From Candidatus Poribacteria bacterium (GTDB lineage Bacteria > Poribacteria > WGA-4E > WGA-3G): a stretch of 64,000 nt of DNA. Location: NCBI GenBank assembly GCA_963663765.2, contig CAXXUA010000005.1, positions 1,504,001-1,568,000 of the forward strand, given 5' to 3'. Both the position numbers and the translations under genes were made by a program. This document shows positions 39,404-49,971 of the stretch, one piece after another; position 1 is the stretch's first letter; every line of letters starts with the position of its first letter. A model generated the notes under the pieces. That model was not told the origin of the DNA, did no database searches, and worked only from the letters and a program-made list of their open reading frames with translations.

Positions 39404-39853
39404 CCCTGATACCGTTAAAATGTTGAATTTGCGAAAAGCAATACGTCAAAAGGTAATAAATGAAGGTGAATCAAAACCATTTCTGATTTCTATTGGGGAA
39501 CGCGCAGAAGCTGCCATAGAAGCTTATGAAAATCGTCAGTCTGGGACACAAGAAACTTTAGCTGAGTTTATGAAATTTGCAAAAGAATATGCAAGTGCTG
39601 CAAGAGAAAGCAATCAGATGGGATTGGACAACAACACTTTTGCTATTTATAGAGAACTAAAAAACTATATAGATGATGTTACACCAGTGCAAGCACAGTC
39701 TGTCAATCAAATCTTTGAAAAATATCCTGACCATCAGTGGGATGATCACCAAGGGAAAGAATTACGCAGTATGCTCTATAAAACATTAAGCCCAACAGTT
39801 GCGACAAATGATCTTATTGAAACAACAAACAAATTGCTAAAGTTGAAACGGGT

Positions 39854-40177
39854 ATGAAAACCGAAAAAGTATGGGATAACCCAATGGATTTGAAAGGTGC
39901 AGTGCAACAGTGGGCAGATCGCATCGGAGTTCAGGTGCGGGAGATCCATTTGCGTGAAATGCGACAAAAGTGGGCATCTATATCAACCAATGGAAGATTG
40001 ACACTCAACACCGACCTGCTTAACTTACCAAAAACGTTGGGTGAATTCGTAATTGTGCATGAATTGGTGCATTTACTCGTACCTAATCATGGAAAACTGT
40101 TTAAAGGTTATATGTCTGCGTATCTGCCTGATTGGGATGAACGACAGAAGCGTTTAAAATTACTACAACTAACGTGA
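39854..40177 (+). CDS. Short M48/YgjP(DUF45)-family metallopeptidase-like protein
   Basis: KWAS, VIVHELVHL..NH..F; ATGA overlap with hsdR; stop codon lies within the adjacent MITE TIR. Confidence 0.88.
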   Translation: MKTEKVWDNPMDLKGAVQQWADRIGVQVREIHLREMRQKWASISTNGRLTLNTDLLNLPKTLGEFVIVHELVHLLVPNHGKLFKGYMSAYLPDWDERQKRLKLLQLT

Positions 40178-42192
40178 GTTTGATAATTATATTGGACTTA
40201 CGCATTCCCCCTTAAATGAAGATTAATTTATTAGATTAATTTATTAATTGGGTAATAAATATATCTCCAACGGTAGGCGGGGAATGCCTTTTGGCATTCA
40301 TACCCGGGGAATGCCAAAAGGCATTCATACCGTTGATTTCTTGATTTGGTGCTTTGTAAGCGCGCTCCATACTCCCAAAAACTGCAGGCGTGCTTTGGAA
40401 GCGCGCTCCATACTCCCAAAAACTGCAGGCGTGCTTTGGAAGCGCGCTCCATACTCCCAAAAACTGCAGGCGTGCTTTGGAAGCGCGCTCCATACTCCCA
40501 AAAACTGCAGGCGTGCTTTGGAAGCGCGCCATCCCCGCCATCACCTGCTGGCATACCCCACGGCAGACGTGCTTTGTAAGCGCGCTCCATACTCCCAAAA
40601 ACTGCAGGCGTGCTTTGTAAGCGCGCCATCCCCGACCTCAACTGCTGGCATACCCCCACGGCAGGCGTGCTTTGGAAGCGCGCCATCCCCGACCTCAACT
40701 GCTGGCATACCCCCACGGCAGGCGTGCTTTGGAAGCGCGCCATCCCCGACCTCAACTGCTGGCATACCCCCACGGCAGGCGTGCTTTGGAAGCGCGCTCC
40801 ATACCCCCAAAAACTGCAGGCGTGCTTTGTAAGCGCGCACCCCAACTGCAGGCGTGCTTTGTAAGCGCGCTCCATACTCCCAAAAACTGCAGGCGTGCTT
40901 GTAAGCGCGCCATCCCCGACCTCACCTGCTGGCATACCCCCACTGCAGGCGTGCTTTGTAAGCGCGCTCCATACTCCCAAAAACTGCAGGCGTGCTTTGT
41001 AAGCGCGTTCCATACTCCCAAAAACTGCAGGCGTGCTTTGTAAGCGCGCCATCCCCGCCCTCACCTGCTGGCATACCCCACGGCAGGCGGGCTTTGTAAG
41101 CGCGCCATCCCCGACCTCACCTGCTGGCATACCCCCACTGCAGGCGTGCTTTGTAGGCGCGCTCCATACTCCCAAAAACTGCAGGCGTGCTTTGGAAGCG
41201 CGCCACCCAACTGCACTCCCCTGCAGGCGTGCTTTGTAAGCGCGCCATCCCCGCCCTCACCTGCTGGCATACCCCACGGCAGGCGTGCTTTGGAAGCGCG
41301 CCATCCCCGACCTCACCTGCTGGCATACCCCCCTGCAGGCGGGCTTTGTAAGCGCGCTCCCCAACTGCAGGCGTGCTTTGTAAGCGCACACCCCAACTGC
41401 ACTCCCCTGCAGGCGTGCTTTGTAAGCGCGCTCCATACTCCCAAAAACTGCAGGCGTGCTTTGGAAGCGCGCCATCCCCGCCCTCACCTGCTGGCATACC
41501 CCACAGCAGGCGTGCTTTGTAAGCGCGCCATCCCCGCCCTCACCTGCTGGCATACCCCACTGCAGGCGTGCTTTGTAAGCGCGCTCCATACTCCCAAAAA
41601 CTGCAGGCGTGCTTTGGAAGCGCGCTCCATACTCCCAAAAACTGCAGGCGGGCTTTGTAAGCGCGCTCCATACTCCCAAAAACTGCAGGCGGGCTTTGTA
41701 AGCGCGCCATCCCCGACCTCACCTGCTGGCATACCCCCACTGCAGGCGTGCTTTGTAAGCGCACTCCATACTCCCAAAAACTGCAGGCGGGCTTTGTAAG
41801 CGCGCCATCCCCGACCTCACCTGCTGGCATACCCCCACTGCAGGCGTGCTTTGTAAGCGCACTCCATACTCCCAAAAACTGCAGGCGGGCTTTGTAAGCG
41901 CGCCATCCCCGACCTCACCTGCTGGCATACCCCACGGCAGGCGTGCTTTGGAAGCGCGCTCCATACTCCCAAAAACTGCAGGCGGGCTTTGTAAGCGCGC
42001 TCCATACTCCCAAAAACTGCAGGCGGGCTTTGTAAGCGCGCTCCATACTCCCAAAAACTGCAGGCGGGCTTTGTAAGCGCGCCACCCAACTGCACTCCCC
42101 TGCAGGCGTGCTTTGTAAGCGCGCACCCAATAGTAGGCGTGCTTTGTAAGCGCGCACCGGTGGAAGTCATAACTATTTATCAAACTCACGTT
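40171..42192. mobile_element. 2-kb MITE inflated by a REP array
   Basis: Perfect TIR AACGTGAGTTTGATAA / TTATCAAACTCACGTT; near duplication ACAACT/ATAACT; small sibling at 52309-52434. Confidence 0.8.
40349..42157 (+). repeat. Array of about 40 REP arms with a few alternating linker types
   Basis: Core GCAGGCG(T/G)GCTTTG(T/G)AAGCGCGC; linkers TCCATACTCCCAAAAACT, CATCCCCGACCTCACCTGCTGGCATACCCCCAC and shorter ones. Confidence 0.92.
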
Positions 42193-42240
42193 ATAACTAT
42201 CTTTAGACTGTTCATGATAATAAGGTTCTAACGTTTTTTC

Positions 42241-42270
42241 TTGACATTCTTGTAAAGATTTATGTATACT
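42241..42270 (+). promoter_or_regulatory. Putative promoter of the metal-efflux locus
   Basis: TTGACA-18 bp-TATACT. Confidence 0.5.
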
Positions 42271-42344
42271 TGATATATAGTAAATAACTTGTATAACATT
42301 TCTGTTGCTTAATGTAATAGTCTCTGGACGATTTGTGTGGAAAT

Positions 42345-42791
42345 ATGATGGATGCTCTTTCCTTCCGAACAAACAGCGCGATTTTACCATTGATTTGCTT
42401 ATTCATATATGCTGCTGTCATACCAATGCAGTTGTCCAATTATGTCCTATGTATAGGTGAGGATGGACATATTGAATTTGAATTTGCGGGTCATGGGTGT
42501 TGCATAGATGTCCATTCACATGATCACCATCACACTGAGACAGGTCATGCAGGAGATGATGACCACTGCGGCGAATGTTTAGACCTTCCTATTTTTGCAT
42601 CAATCAACAGTTGTTTATACTTGGTATCTTGTGAAGAAAATCTGGTAGTTGAGAATGACATTGCATCAGCGATGCAGATGACTCATAGGGTCACTGTTCC
42701 TTCAGATGCATCAATATCCCCCTATTCAGTCATTCCGCCATTGATTGATCCTGTACTTATTTCACTTCGTACTGTCACGCTCCTCCTTTGA
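42345..42791 (+). CDS. His/Cys-rich hypothetical protein upstream of the efflux operon
   Basis: TM segment, LCIGEDGH, HSHDHHH, HCGECLD. Confidence 0.7.
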   Translation: MMDALSFRTNSAILPLICLFIYAAVIPMQLSNYVLCIGEDGHIEFEFAGHGCCIDVHSHDHHHTETGHAGDDDHCGECLDLPIFASINSCLYLVSCEENLVVENDIASAMQMTHRVTVPSDASISPYSVIPPLIDPVLISLRTVTLLL

Positions 42792-42984
42792 TCCCTCCTT
42801 TGTACTATTGCAGTACTTTTCTTGTCCTTAATTCTCCAATAAATATCCATAATGTAGGATGGCATACATGTCGTCTGTGTCTATAATCGTTTAACATGTC
42901 TTATGCGGTTACCCGTGGACGTTCCATATTTATTGACACTTTACAAGAACGTATGTGCCATCTAACTTGTGAGGAGTACGATGT

Positions 42985-44229
42985 ATGAAAAACAGAATGA
43001 GTCTTACCTATGCATTCATAGGAATATGTCTTTTTACCTTTTTGGTATTACCGTTAACCGTTTCCGATGCTCAAAATGAGAAAGTATCGCTTGAAGTTGC
43101 AATTCAGGCTGCATTGCGCGATAATCCTGCACTCAAAGCGATCCATGAAGAAGTTAAGGTTGCCCAAGCACTACTTGACGGCATTCCGCTGCTAAGTAAT
43201 CCAGAATTGGAATCCGAATATGTCAGCGGTCTTCACGCAGAGCAGATTTTTGAGTTAAGCAAAACCTTTGAACTGGGTGGTCAACGCGCTTATCGAATAC
43301 AGATAGCAAAGGCAAATCTTGAAAAAGTCAATCTTGAATTAACTGATAAATCTCGATTGCTTACCAAAGCAGTGAAACTTGCTTTTTATCAACTTGTTCT
43401 CATCCAAGAAAAGCTGAAATTGGCTAAAGAGATAATCAAACACAATCAAGAGATGTATGAAATGGCACAGTTTCAGTTTGAAACAGGTGATATATCTGTT
43501 ACACAGGTAGGGTTAGCAAATATCCAGTTGCAATCTGCACGTCGAGAATTTTCTACCTTAGAAAGTGATTTACAGTTGGCGCAGCTTGAACTAAACGGTC
43601 TTATGGGAACAAAACTTGATGGAACGCCGGCTGCAATTGGTGGATTTCCAAAGAAACCAACAAAGAAGATGAATATCAATATTTTGAAAACGCATGCCCT
43701 TGCACATCGTGCTGATCTGAAGTCGTTGAGAATAAATACAAAACTGACAGAAAGCGGTTATCGTCTTGCAAAAGCATCAAACATTCCGGATCTCAATATC
43801 GGTGGGATTGCAGAACGTAGTTCAGGTGAGCTGGGATTCGGTGTGAAGTTCTCATTACCTTTACCACTGTTTGACAGAAATCGCTCTGAAATACAATCAG
43901 CAAAGGCACAAAAGCAAGTTGATACCATACGGGTTAGCAATACAGAGAGGCAAATTACACGTGAAGTGATAAGTGCATTTGTTGCTCTGAATGCTACCGA
44001 GAAAAACCTTAGTTTTTATGATGATAACTTGTTGAAACTACTCAACGATAATCTAACCCTGACCCTTACTGCCTACGACTTGGGGGAAGCAGAACTATTA
44101 GAGGTCATCTTGCTTCAGAGTGAATTTGTAAAGACGCGCTTTGCTTATCTTGATGCACTTGCAGCATATCGTAAAGCAATCGTAGAACTTGAAGCAGCAA
44201 TCGGTACGTCTATTGAATTAGTGCAGTAG
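42985..44229 (+). CDS. TolC/CzcC-family outer-membrane efflux protein
   Basis: Signal peptide, NPEL, LPLPLFDRN, helical repeats. Confidence 0.9.
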   Translation: MKNRMSLTYAFIGICLFTFLVLPLTVSDAQNEKVSLEVAIQAALRDNPALKAIHEEVKVAQALLDGIPLLSNPELESEYVSGLHAEQIFELSKTFELGGQRAYRIQIAKANLEKVNLELTDKSRLLTKAVKLAFYQLVLIQEKLKLAKEIIKHNQEMYEMAQFQFETGDISVTQVGLANIQLQSARREFSTLESDLQLAQLELNGLMGTKLDGTPAAIGGFPKKPTKKMNINILKTHALAHRADLKSLRINTKLTESGYRLAKASNIPDLNIGGIAERSSGELGFGVKFSLPLPLFDRNRSEIQSAKAQKQVDTIRVSNTERQITREVISAFVALNATEKNLSFYDDNLLKLLNDNLTLTLTAYDLGEAELLEVILLQSEFVKTRFAYLDALAAYRKAIVELEAAIGTSIELVQ

Positions 44230-44282
44230 GTTTTATTTATGATCCATGCAATGTGTACTGAATATCTATAAGGAGAAAGAAA

Positions 44283-46154
44283 ATGCGACGTTACTTACAT
44301 TTGACTTTACTATATCTGGCAATATTTGTTCTTGCGAATGGTGGTTTGTTTTTGTCAAATACCTATCACACATTAACTTGGGCTGAAGAAGAGGATGATC
44401 ATTCACATGAAGTTGATAACGCTGTTGTTCTCAGCGATAAAGCAAAAGTGAATATTGGTTTGAAAACATCTGAAGCAGACTTACGGACCATTGAAAAGAT
44501 TGTTCAGGTTACAGGTAACATCATTGCCCATCCGGGAAAACAAGCGGTTGTGACACCAAGGATTAGCGGTATTGTGAAACGCATCCATTCTAATCTCGGT
44601 GATTCGGTTAAAAAAGGTGATGTACTGCTTGAATTAGAGAGTATAGACTTACAATTTGCTGAGATCGATCTGATTGAAGCTGTACATCAACAGAAATCTT
44701 TAGATACCAAGTTGGAAAAACAGAAATCGGTTTTTGCTAAGCAGATACAGCAGGAACTACAGACGCTCCAGATAGACTATCTGGAGTCGCATGCGGAGTT
44801 GCAAGAGCAAAAAAATACCTATCAGAATCATAAGTCGATTGCGATTGCTAAAACAATTTCTGCATTGGAGCAGCTGCGTGTTGATCTTGTCAAAACCGAT
44901 GTTGAACGTAGACTACTTGCGGACACACTTGCACGCATTGAAGCATTGACTGAAAAACGGATTTCTGCACAGAAGGAATTGATTTCCCAGAGAGCTGCAT
45001 ATACACAAGCAACCAACGCATTTAGAGGTACGAAACGGAAATTTCAACTTCTCGGAGTTAGTAAAGAGACAATTCAAAGCATCCTTGAGGATGAAGGAAC
45101 GACACCGATTTTGGCTCTGTTGAATACAGATACCAAACCCAAGAGTAAACCTCAACTAACAGAGAATGTAGATGCCTTGAAGTATGTTTCAATCGTTGAG
45201 GAAGCAACGACATTGATAGATGCTGAATCCGCTTACAAAACCGCTGCTATCAAGGCAAAAGCAAATAGATTACGTGTCTTAGCTGCAGGTATGACAGCAG
45301 AGCAATTGGAGCAAATTTCCACATCAGGTTTGATTATACCGTTCAATGATTTATCGGTAGATAAACTGATAGAAAATTATGCTCCCTTCATGACGAGTTC
45401 AGAGACGTTGGAAGCATTACTGCAGACAGAAGAAGCGCAGCGGAATGTTACTATCATGTTTACAAAGGCACGACGGAAACTTGAGGTGTTCGGTATGACT
45501 GCAGATAAGATAGACAAACTTATTGAAAATGAGAAATCAGATTCTCGCTTTTATGTCACTGCGCCGACCGCAGGACAAATTATCAGTCAAAACGTGAAGT
45601 TAGGTGCAACAGTTGAGAAAAGTGATGCTTTGTATTCCATATTAGATTCTAATGTGGTGTGGGTTGAAGGAGAGGTTTATGAAGATATACTTGCGCTGAT
45701 TCATGACAAGTGGGAGGTCGGCAGTGAAGTTCGGGTTCGTGTTCCTGCATTTCCCGAAAATGTTTTCGTTGGTAAGGTCTCGCAAATATCTTCAGTCGTA
45801 GATTCGGAGAAACGGACGGTGCATTTTTGGACACTGGTTGACAATCCTGATCATAAACTGAAGCCGGGGATGTTTGCTGAACAGACGCTTGTTATTGAAA
45901 AACTGGACGATGTCTTGAGTGTGCCCCTGGATGCTGTTCTTAAAGATGGTGCGTCTCAAGTTGTTTTTGTTGAGTCTGGCAACACATATATGAAGCATGA
46001 AGTTGTGATTGGTGCAAAGGATGACCGGTATATTGAAATTAAAGATGGGTTATATGCTGGTGAACTTGTTGTCGTGCAAGGGACACATCAACTCCTAAGT
46101 GCATCGGCAGGAACAGCGACAGTTGTAGACCCTCATGCTGGACATTCACATTAG
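44283..46154 (+). CDS. CzcB/CusB-family periplasmic adaptor with a much extended helical region
   Basis: PRISGIV..LGD.VKKG, AP.AG, VWVEGEVYE, LKPGMF, GL.AGE.VV; His-rich ends. Confidence 0.88.
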   Translation: MRRYLHLTLLYLAIFVLANGGLFLSNTYHTLTWAEEEDDHSHEVDNAVVLSDKAKVNIGLKTSEADLRTIEKIVQVTGNIIAHPGKQAVVTPRISGIVKRIHSNLGDSVKKGDVLLELESIDLQFAEIDLIEAVHQQKSLDTKLEKQKSVFAKQIQQELQTLQIDYLESHAELQEQKNTYQNHKSIAIAKTISALEQLRVDLVKTDVERRLLADTLARIEALTEKRISAQKELISQRAAYTQATNAFRGTKRKFQLLGVSKETIQSILEDEGTTPILALLNTDTKPKSKPQLTENVDALKYVSIVEEATTLIDAESAYKTAAIKAKANRLRVLAAGMTAEQLEQISTSGLIIPFNDLSVDKLIENYAPFMTSSETLEALLQTEEAQRNVTIMFTKARRKLEVFGMTADKIDKLIENEKSDSRFYVTAPTAGQIISQNVKLGATVEKSDALYSILDSNVVWVEGEVYEDILALIHDKWEVGSEVRVRVPAFPENVFVGKVSQISSVVDSEKRTVHFWTLVDNPDHKLKPGMFAEQTLVIEKLDDVLSVPLDAVLKDGASQVVFVESGNTYMKHEVVIGAKDDRYIEIKDGLYAGELVVVQGTHQLLSASAGTATVVDPHAGHSH

Positions 46155-46177
46155 GAATTCGTTTCAAGGAGAATACA

Positions 46178-49100
46178 ATGTGGTCAAAAATTACCGAAAG
46201 TGCACTCAGGAATAAACTGCTTGTTATTTGCGGTCTCATTGCTGCAATTATTATCGGTATCAGGATGTTCCAGAGAGCACCCATTGACGTTTATCCGGAT
46301 ATCAATCCACCTCGGATTACTGTCTTGACAGAAGCACATGGTTGGTCACCAGAAGAGATGGAGATGCTGGTGACGTTACCAATTGAAAGTGCAATGAACG
46401 GTGCGCCAGATGTAACACTGGTTCGTTCATCGTCAGCAATAGGTTTATCGCTTGTTTTCGTTGAATTTGAATGGGGTATGGATATATTTCTTGCGCGGCA
46501 GATGGTTAACGAACGGTTGCAGCTTGTTGCCCCAAATTTACCAGAGGGTGTTGATGCGCCAATCATCTTGCCGACCTCGTCCCTTCTGGGTGAAGTAATG
46601 GAATATGCACTTGTTGATGAGTCCGAAGAGAAGTTGGATCCGATGGAGATGCGCGACATCGCGGATTGGGAGATTCGGTTCCGGTTGCAATCACAGGGTG
46701 GTATTGCAAATGTCATTAATATTGGTGGGTATATCAAGCAATATCAGGTATTTGTTGATCCTGATCGGTTGATAAGTTATGGTTTTTCACTTGAGGATGT
46801 CGCACATGCGCTTGAAAAAAGCAACGACAACGCATCTGGTGGGTTTCTGGTCAAGGACGCACGCGAGTTGATGATACGTGGTTTGGGACGGATTGCGACA
46901 GTGGCTGACATAGAGAATGTCGTGATTGATGTTCGGGAACATTACACACCTGTGCTTATTAAGGATGTTGCGACGGTCAAGATCGGATCGCTGCCTGAAA
47001 TACGTCGAGGTGCAGGAAGCCGTAACGGTGAAGAAACCGTGTTAGGTAAAGTCATCAAACAGCCCGGAGAGAATACACTCAATCTTAGTGAAAGAGTGAA
47101 AAAAGAATTGGAATCATTGGAGAACGCTTTACCTGAAGGAGTAAATGTAGAAGTTGAATACTCTCAAGCGGATCTGATTCAACGGGCGGTGGATACGGTG
47201 AAAGAGGCACTGCGCGATGGTGCGATTCTGGTTGTTGTGGTTCTCATCATCTTCCTCTTCAATATCCGTACTGCTTTTATAACTTTAACTGCTATCCCTT
47301 TGTCGTTGATAATTGCTGTTATAGTGTTGCTTTATCGAGGTGGAACGTTGAACATCATGACACTTGCGGGTTTGGCGATTGCTGTGGGTATGGTGGTTGA
47401 CGATGCGATTGTCTATGTAGAAAACATCTTTAGACGTTTACAAGAGTACTTTCATCAACGTGAAATGGGGAATGAAACAGACGAAACACCGACACAGGTT
47501 GTAACGCGTGCCAGCGACGAAATGCGAGTATCTATTGTATTTGCAACATTGATTATAATCCTTGTGTTTTTACCGTTGTTCAGTCTTAGTGGTATAGAGG
47601 GAAGGATGTTTCGTCCACTTGGTTGGGCGGTAGTAATTTCTATGGCGGCGTCCCTGCTTGTAGCGTTAACAGTCGTTCCAGTGTTAAGTGAACTAATGCT
47701 TGGACGAGTGCAAGCAATGTCATTGCACGAATATACGCCATCCCAACGACGCGGTCTGTTTACCTGGATTAAGCGGTTTTACAACGGTTTCCGAAATCTT
47801 GTGATACGTTGGCGGTTGTTTGTTGTTAGATTAGCACCGGATTCAGATGTTGAAGATGCCTTGACGCTTCAACCTGTTGTGATGTGGATAAAACGTGCAT
47901 ATCGTCCTATTTTGTCATTGGTGTTACGTTTGCGTTGGTTTGTGGTGTCGGTTGCATTGTTACTTGTTGTGATAACGGGTACATCTGTTACACGTTTAGG
48001 GACAGAGTTTTTGCCTGTGATGGACGAAGCTACGTTTACTATTAGTGTGTTTTCACCACCAGGAACTTCCCTCGGAGAATCAACACGTATTGGTCGTGAA
48101 ATGGAAAGACGTTTGTTGGATATAGATGAGGTGACAAGCGTCAGCAGTCGCACGGGACGTGCAGAAGCGGACGAACACGCGCACGATGTGAATACGCATG
48201 AAATTGTAGTAAATTTCATCCCACCTGATGAACGTGAAAAGACGCGCGAGGAACTTCTTACTGAAGTGCGTGACCTGCTCTCTGTTGAGAACTTTCCGGG
48301 AGTACAAGTATCAGTCGGGCAGCCGATTCAGCACCGTCTTGACCATCTGCTATCGGGTGTGAGTGCACAAGTTGCTTTGAAGTTGTTCGGTCCTGATCTT
48401 GAAACGTTGAGACATCAGGCTCATGAAATTGAAGATGTTATATCTGATATTGATGGTGTTGCGGACTTACAGGTTGAGCAACAGGTGATGGTTGAACAAC
48501 TCCAGATCAAAGTGAAACGTTTAGAAGCAGCACGGCATGGGTTAAGTGTACAAGACATAACACATTTCGCAGAAGGTGCATTCAAAGGTGAAACCGTTAG
48601 CCAGATCATTCAAGGGCAACGTCAGTATGATCTTGTTGTGCGGATTGACCCAACCATTGTGAATACTGTTGAATCTTTTGGTAACTTGAAACTCCGAACA
48701 CCTTCAGGTGCATTCATTCCATTGAAACAGGTTGCGGATGTGAACTTAGGTTTGGGACCTAATACAATCAATCATGAAAACGCCTCACGCCGTATTGTGA
48801 TTCAATGCAATGTACAGAATAGGGATCTTGGTAACTTTATTGCTGAAGTTCAGGAGGAGATTGAAGCTCATGTTGATTTACCTGAAGAATACTACCTTAC
48901 TTATGGTGGTCAGTTTGAAAGTCAACAGAGCGCGCAAAATCGTATCCTCATACAATCCGGTTTAGTTTTCATCGGTATTTTTATATTGTTGTATCTTGCC
49001 TTGGGATCACTTAAGCTTTCAGTGCTGGTTGTCCTGAATCTTCCCTTAGCGTTGATCGGTGGTATTATAAGTGTGTTTCTTACTGGTGGTGTGTTAAGCA

Positions 49101-49438
49101 TTCCGTCTTTAGTTGGTTTCATTCTGTTGTTCGGTATTGCAGTGCGAAACGGTATCATCTTGGTTACACATATCAATACGTTACGTTCAGAGGGTATGCC
49201 GTTATATGATGCGGTAGTGAAGGGGGCATCGGAACGAATTAGTCCGGTGTTGATGACAGCATTGACAACTGGATTGGGGATGTTACCGCTGGCGCTCGCA
49301 CACGGATCGGGTGCGGAACTCCAGAAACCGCTTGCCATTGTCATCAGTGGTGGTATGATTACAGCCACCTTTTTGACGCTACTCGTGTTGCCTGCTTTGT
49401 ATTATCTTGTTGAAAAACGTGGTGCGGATTCTGTGTAA
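46178..49438 (+). CDS. CzcA/CusA-family heavy-metal RND permease
   Basis: PIDVYPD, GMVVDDAIVYVEN, EGRMFRP, GIAVRNG, PVLMTA. Confidence 0.95.
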   Translation: MWSKITESALRNKLLVICGLIAAIIIGIRMFQRAPIDVYPDINPPRITVLTEAHGWSPEEMEMLVTLPIESAMNGAPDVTLVRSSSAIGLSLVFVEFEWGMDIFLARQMVNERLQLVAPNLPEGVDAPIILPTSSLLGEVMEYALVDESEEKLDPMEMRDIADWEIRFRLQSQGGIANVINIGGYIKQYQVFVDPDRLISYGFSLEDVAHALEKSNDNASGGFLVKDARELMIRGLGRIATVADIENVVIDVREHYTPVLIKDVATVKIGSLPEIRRGAGSRNGEETVLGKVIKQPGENTLNLSERVKKELESLENALPEGVNVEVEYSQADLIQRAVDTVKEALRDGAILVVVVLIIFLFNIRTAFITLTAIPLSLIIAVIVLLYRGGTLNIMTLAGLAIAVGMVVDDAIVYVENIFRRLQEYFHQREMGNETDETPTQVVTRASDEMRVSIVFATLIIILVFLPLFSLSGIEGRMFRPLGWAVVISMAASLLVALTVVPVLSELMLGRVQAMSLHEYTPSQRRGLFTWIKRFYNGFRNLVIRWRLFVVRLAPDSDVEDALTLQPVVMWIKRAYRPILSLVLRLRWFVVSVALLLVVITGTSVTRLGTEFLPVMDEATFTISVFSPPGTSLGESTRIGREMERRLLDIDEVTSVSSRTGRAEADEHAHDVNTHEIVVNFIPPDEREKTREELLTEVRDLLSVENFPGVQVSVGQPIQHRLDHLLSGVSAQVALKLFGPDLETLRHQAHEIEDVISDIDGVADLQVEQQVMVEQLQIKVKRLEAARHGLSVQDITHFAEGAFKGETVSQIIQGQRQYDLVVRIDPTIVNTVESFGNLKLRTPSGAFIPLKQVADVNLGLGPNTINHENASRRIVIQCNVQNRDLGNFIAEVQEEIEAHVDLPEEYYLTYGGQFESQQSAQNRILIQSGLVFIGIFILLYLALGSLKLSVLVVLNLPLALIGGIISVFLTGGVLSIPSLVGFILLFGIAVRNGIILVTHINTLRSEGMPLYDAVVKGASERISPVLMTALTTGLGMLPLALAHGSGAELQKPLAIVISGGMITATFLTLLVLPALYYLVEKRGADSV

Positions 49439-49945
49439 CACCAAATTAACGTGATCTGGATTGCTAAGTGGTTGACTCGTCAAGAATTTATGCTATAATT
49501 CTTCTATCTATTGAATTATAGTGGATTTTAGAATTATTTTTACACTTTCAGGTGTAGGAGGGAACTCCGATTCCCGACTATCAAGGCGTTCAGTCGCGAT
49601 TCGGAGATCGCTCCTACAGAAAAAGTGTAAACTTAATTGTATATTTCACTATAAAATGGAGAGGAGAAATGAGATGGGAAAACGGATACATCATATTCGT
49701 GAGGTTAATGAAGAAGAAAACACTGAATTGAGGAGACTTGCGAGTTCACGCATGCACCCCTTTCGGAAGGTGCAGCGTGCGAAGTTGATTGTCAGCATGC
49801 TTGATGACGCGACGCTCACAGCGAGCCAAGATGCGAAAGAGGTGGGTTTCAAATCAAGCAACTCCGGCACGTGTTGGGTCAAATGGTTCAATGAAGATGG
49901 TATCCAAGGGCTTTCCGATAAACCGAAAAGTGGCAAACCCCTTAA
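49439..49945 (+). pseudogene. Degenerate IS630 remnant (left IR plus HTH fragment from ATG 49674)
   Basis: CACCAAATTAACGTG resembles the IS630 end at 3516-3530; RAKLIV..WVKWFNEDGIQGLSDKPKSGKP; no DDE domain. Confidence 0.75.
49516..49654. mobile_element. Small MITE carrying a REPIN
   Basis: TTATAGTGGA..TTCACTATAA ends; GTAGGAGGGAACTCCGA..TCGGAGATCGCTCCTAC; same module as in the 285-bp repeat. Confidence 0.8.
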
Positions 49946-49971
49946 ACTCCTTATTTTAACAGGTATGGAAA

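Larger units (their letters stand above)
35517..39857 (+). pseudogene. hsdR: Type I restriction subunit interrupted by an IS (35517-37945 joined to 39413-39857)
   Basis: RADVVFLINGIPIAVVETK, HTQGSGKT, DEAHR, FTGTP, LTGFDAP, QAIARVNR; removing the IS and one duplication restores DVPDTVKMLNL and a 957-aa frame. Confidence 0.92.

Noticed and set aside
40349-42157. CRISPR array (also considered for 1484-1932, 22846-23440, 23877-24303, 34683-35302, 54850-55568)
   Set aside because: Linkers are short, reused and related to each other rather than unique; the core is one arm of a REP inverted pair; no cas genes in the window.
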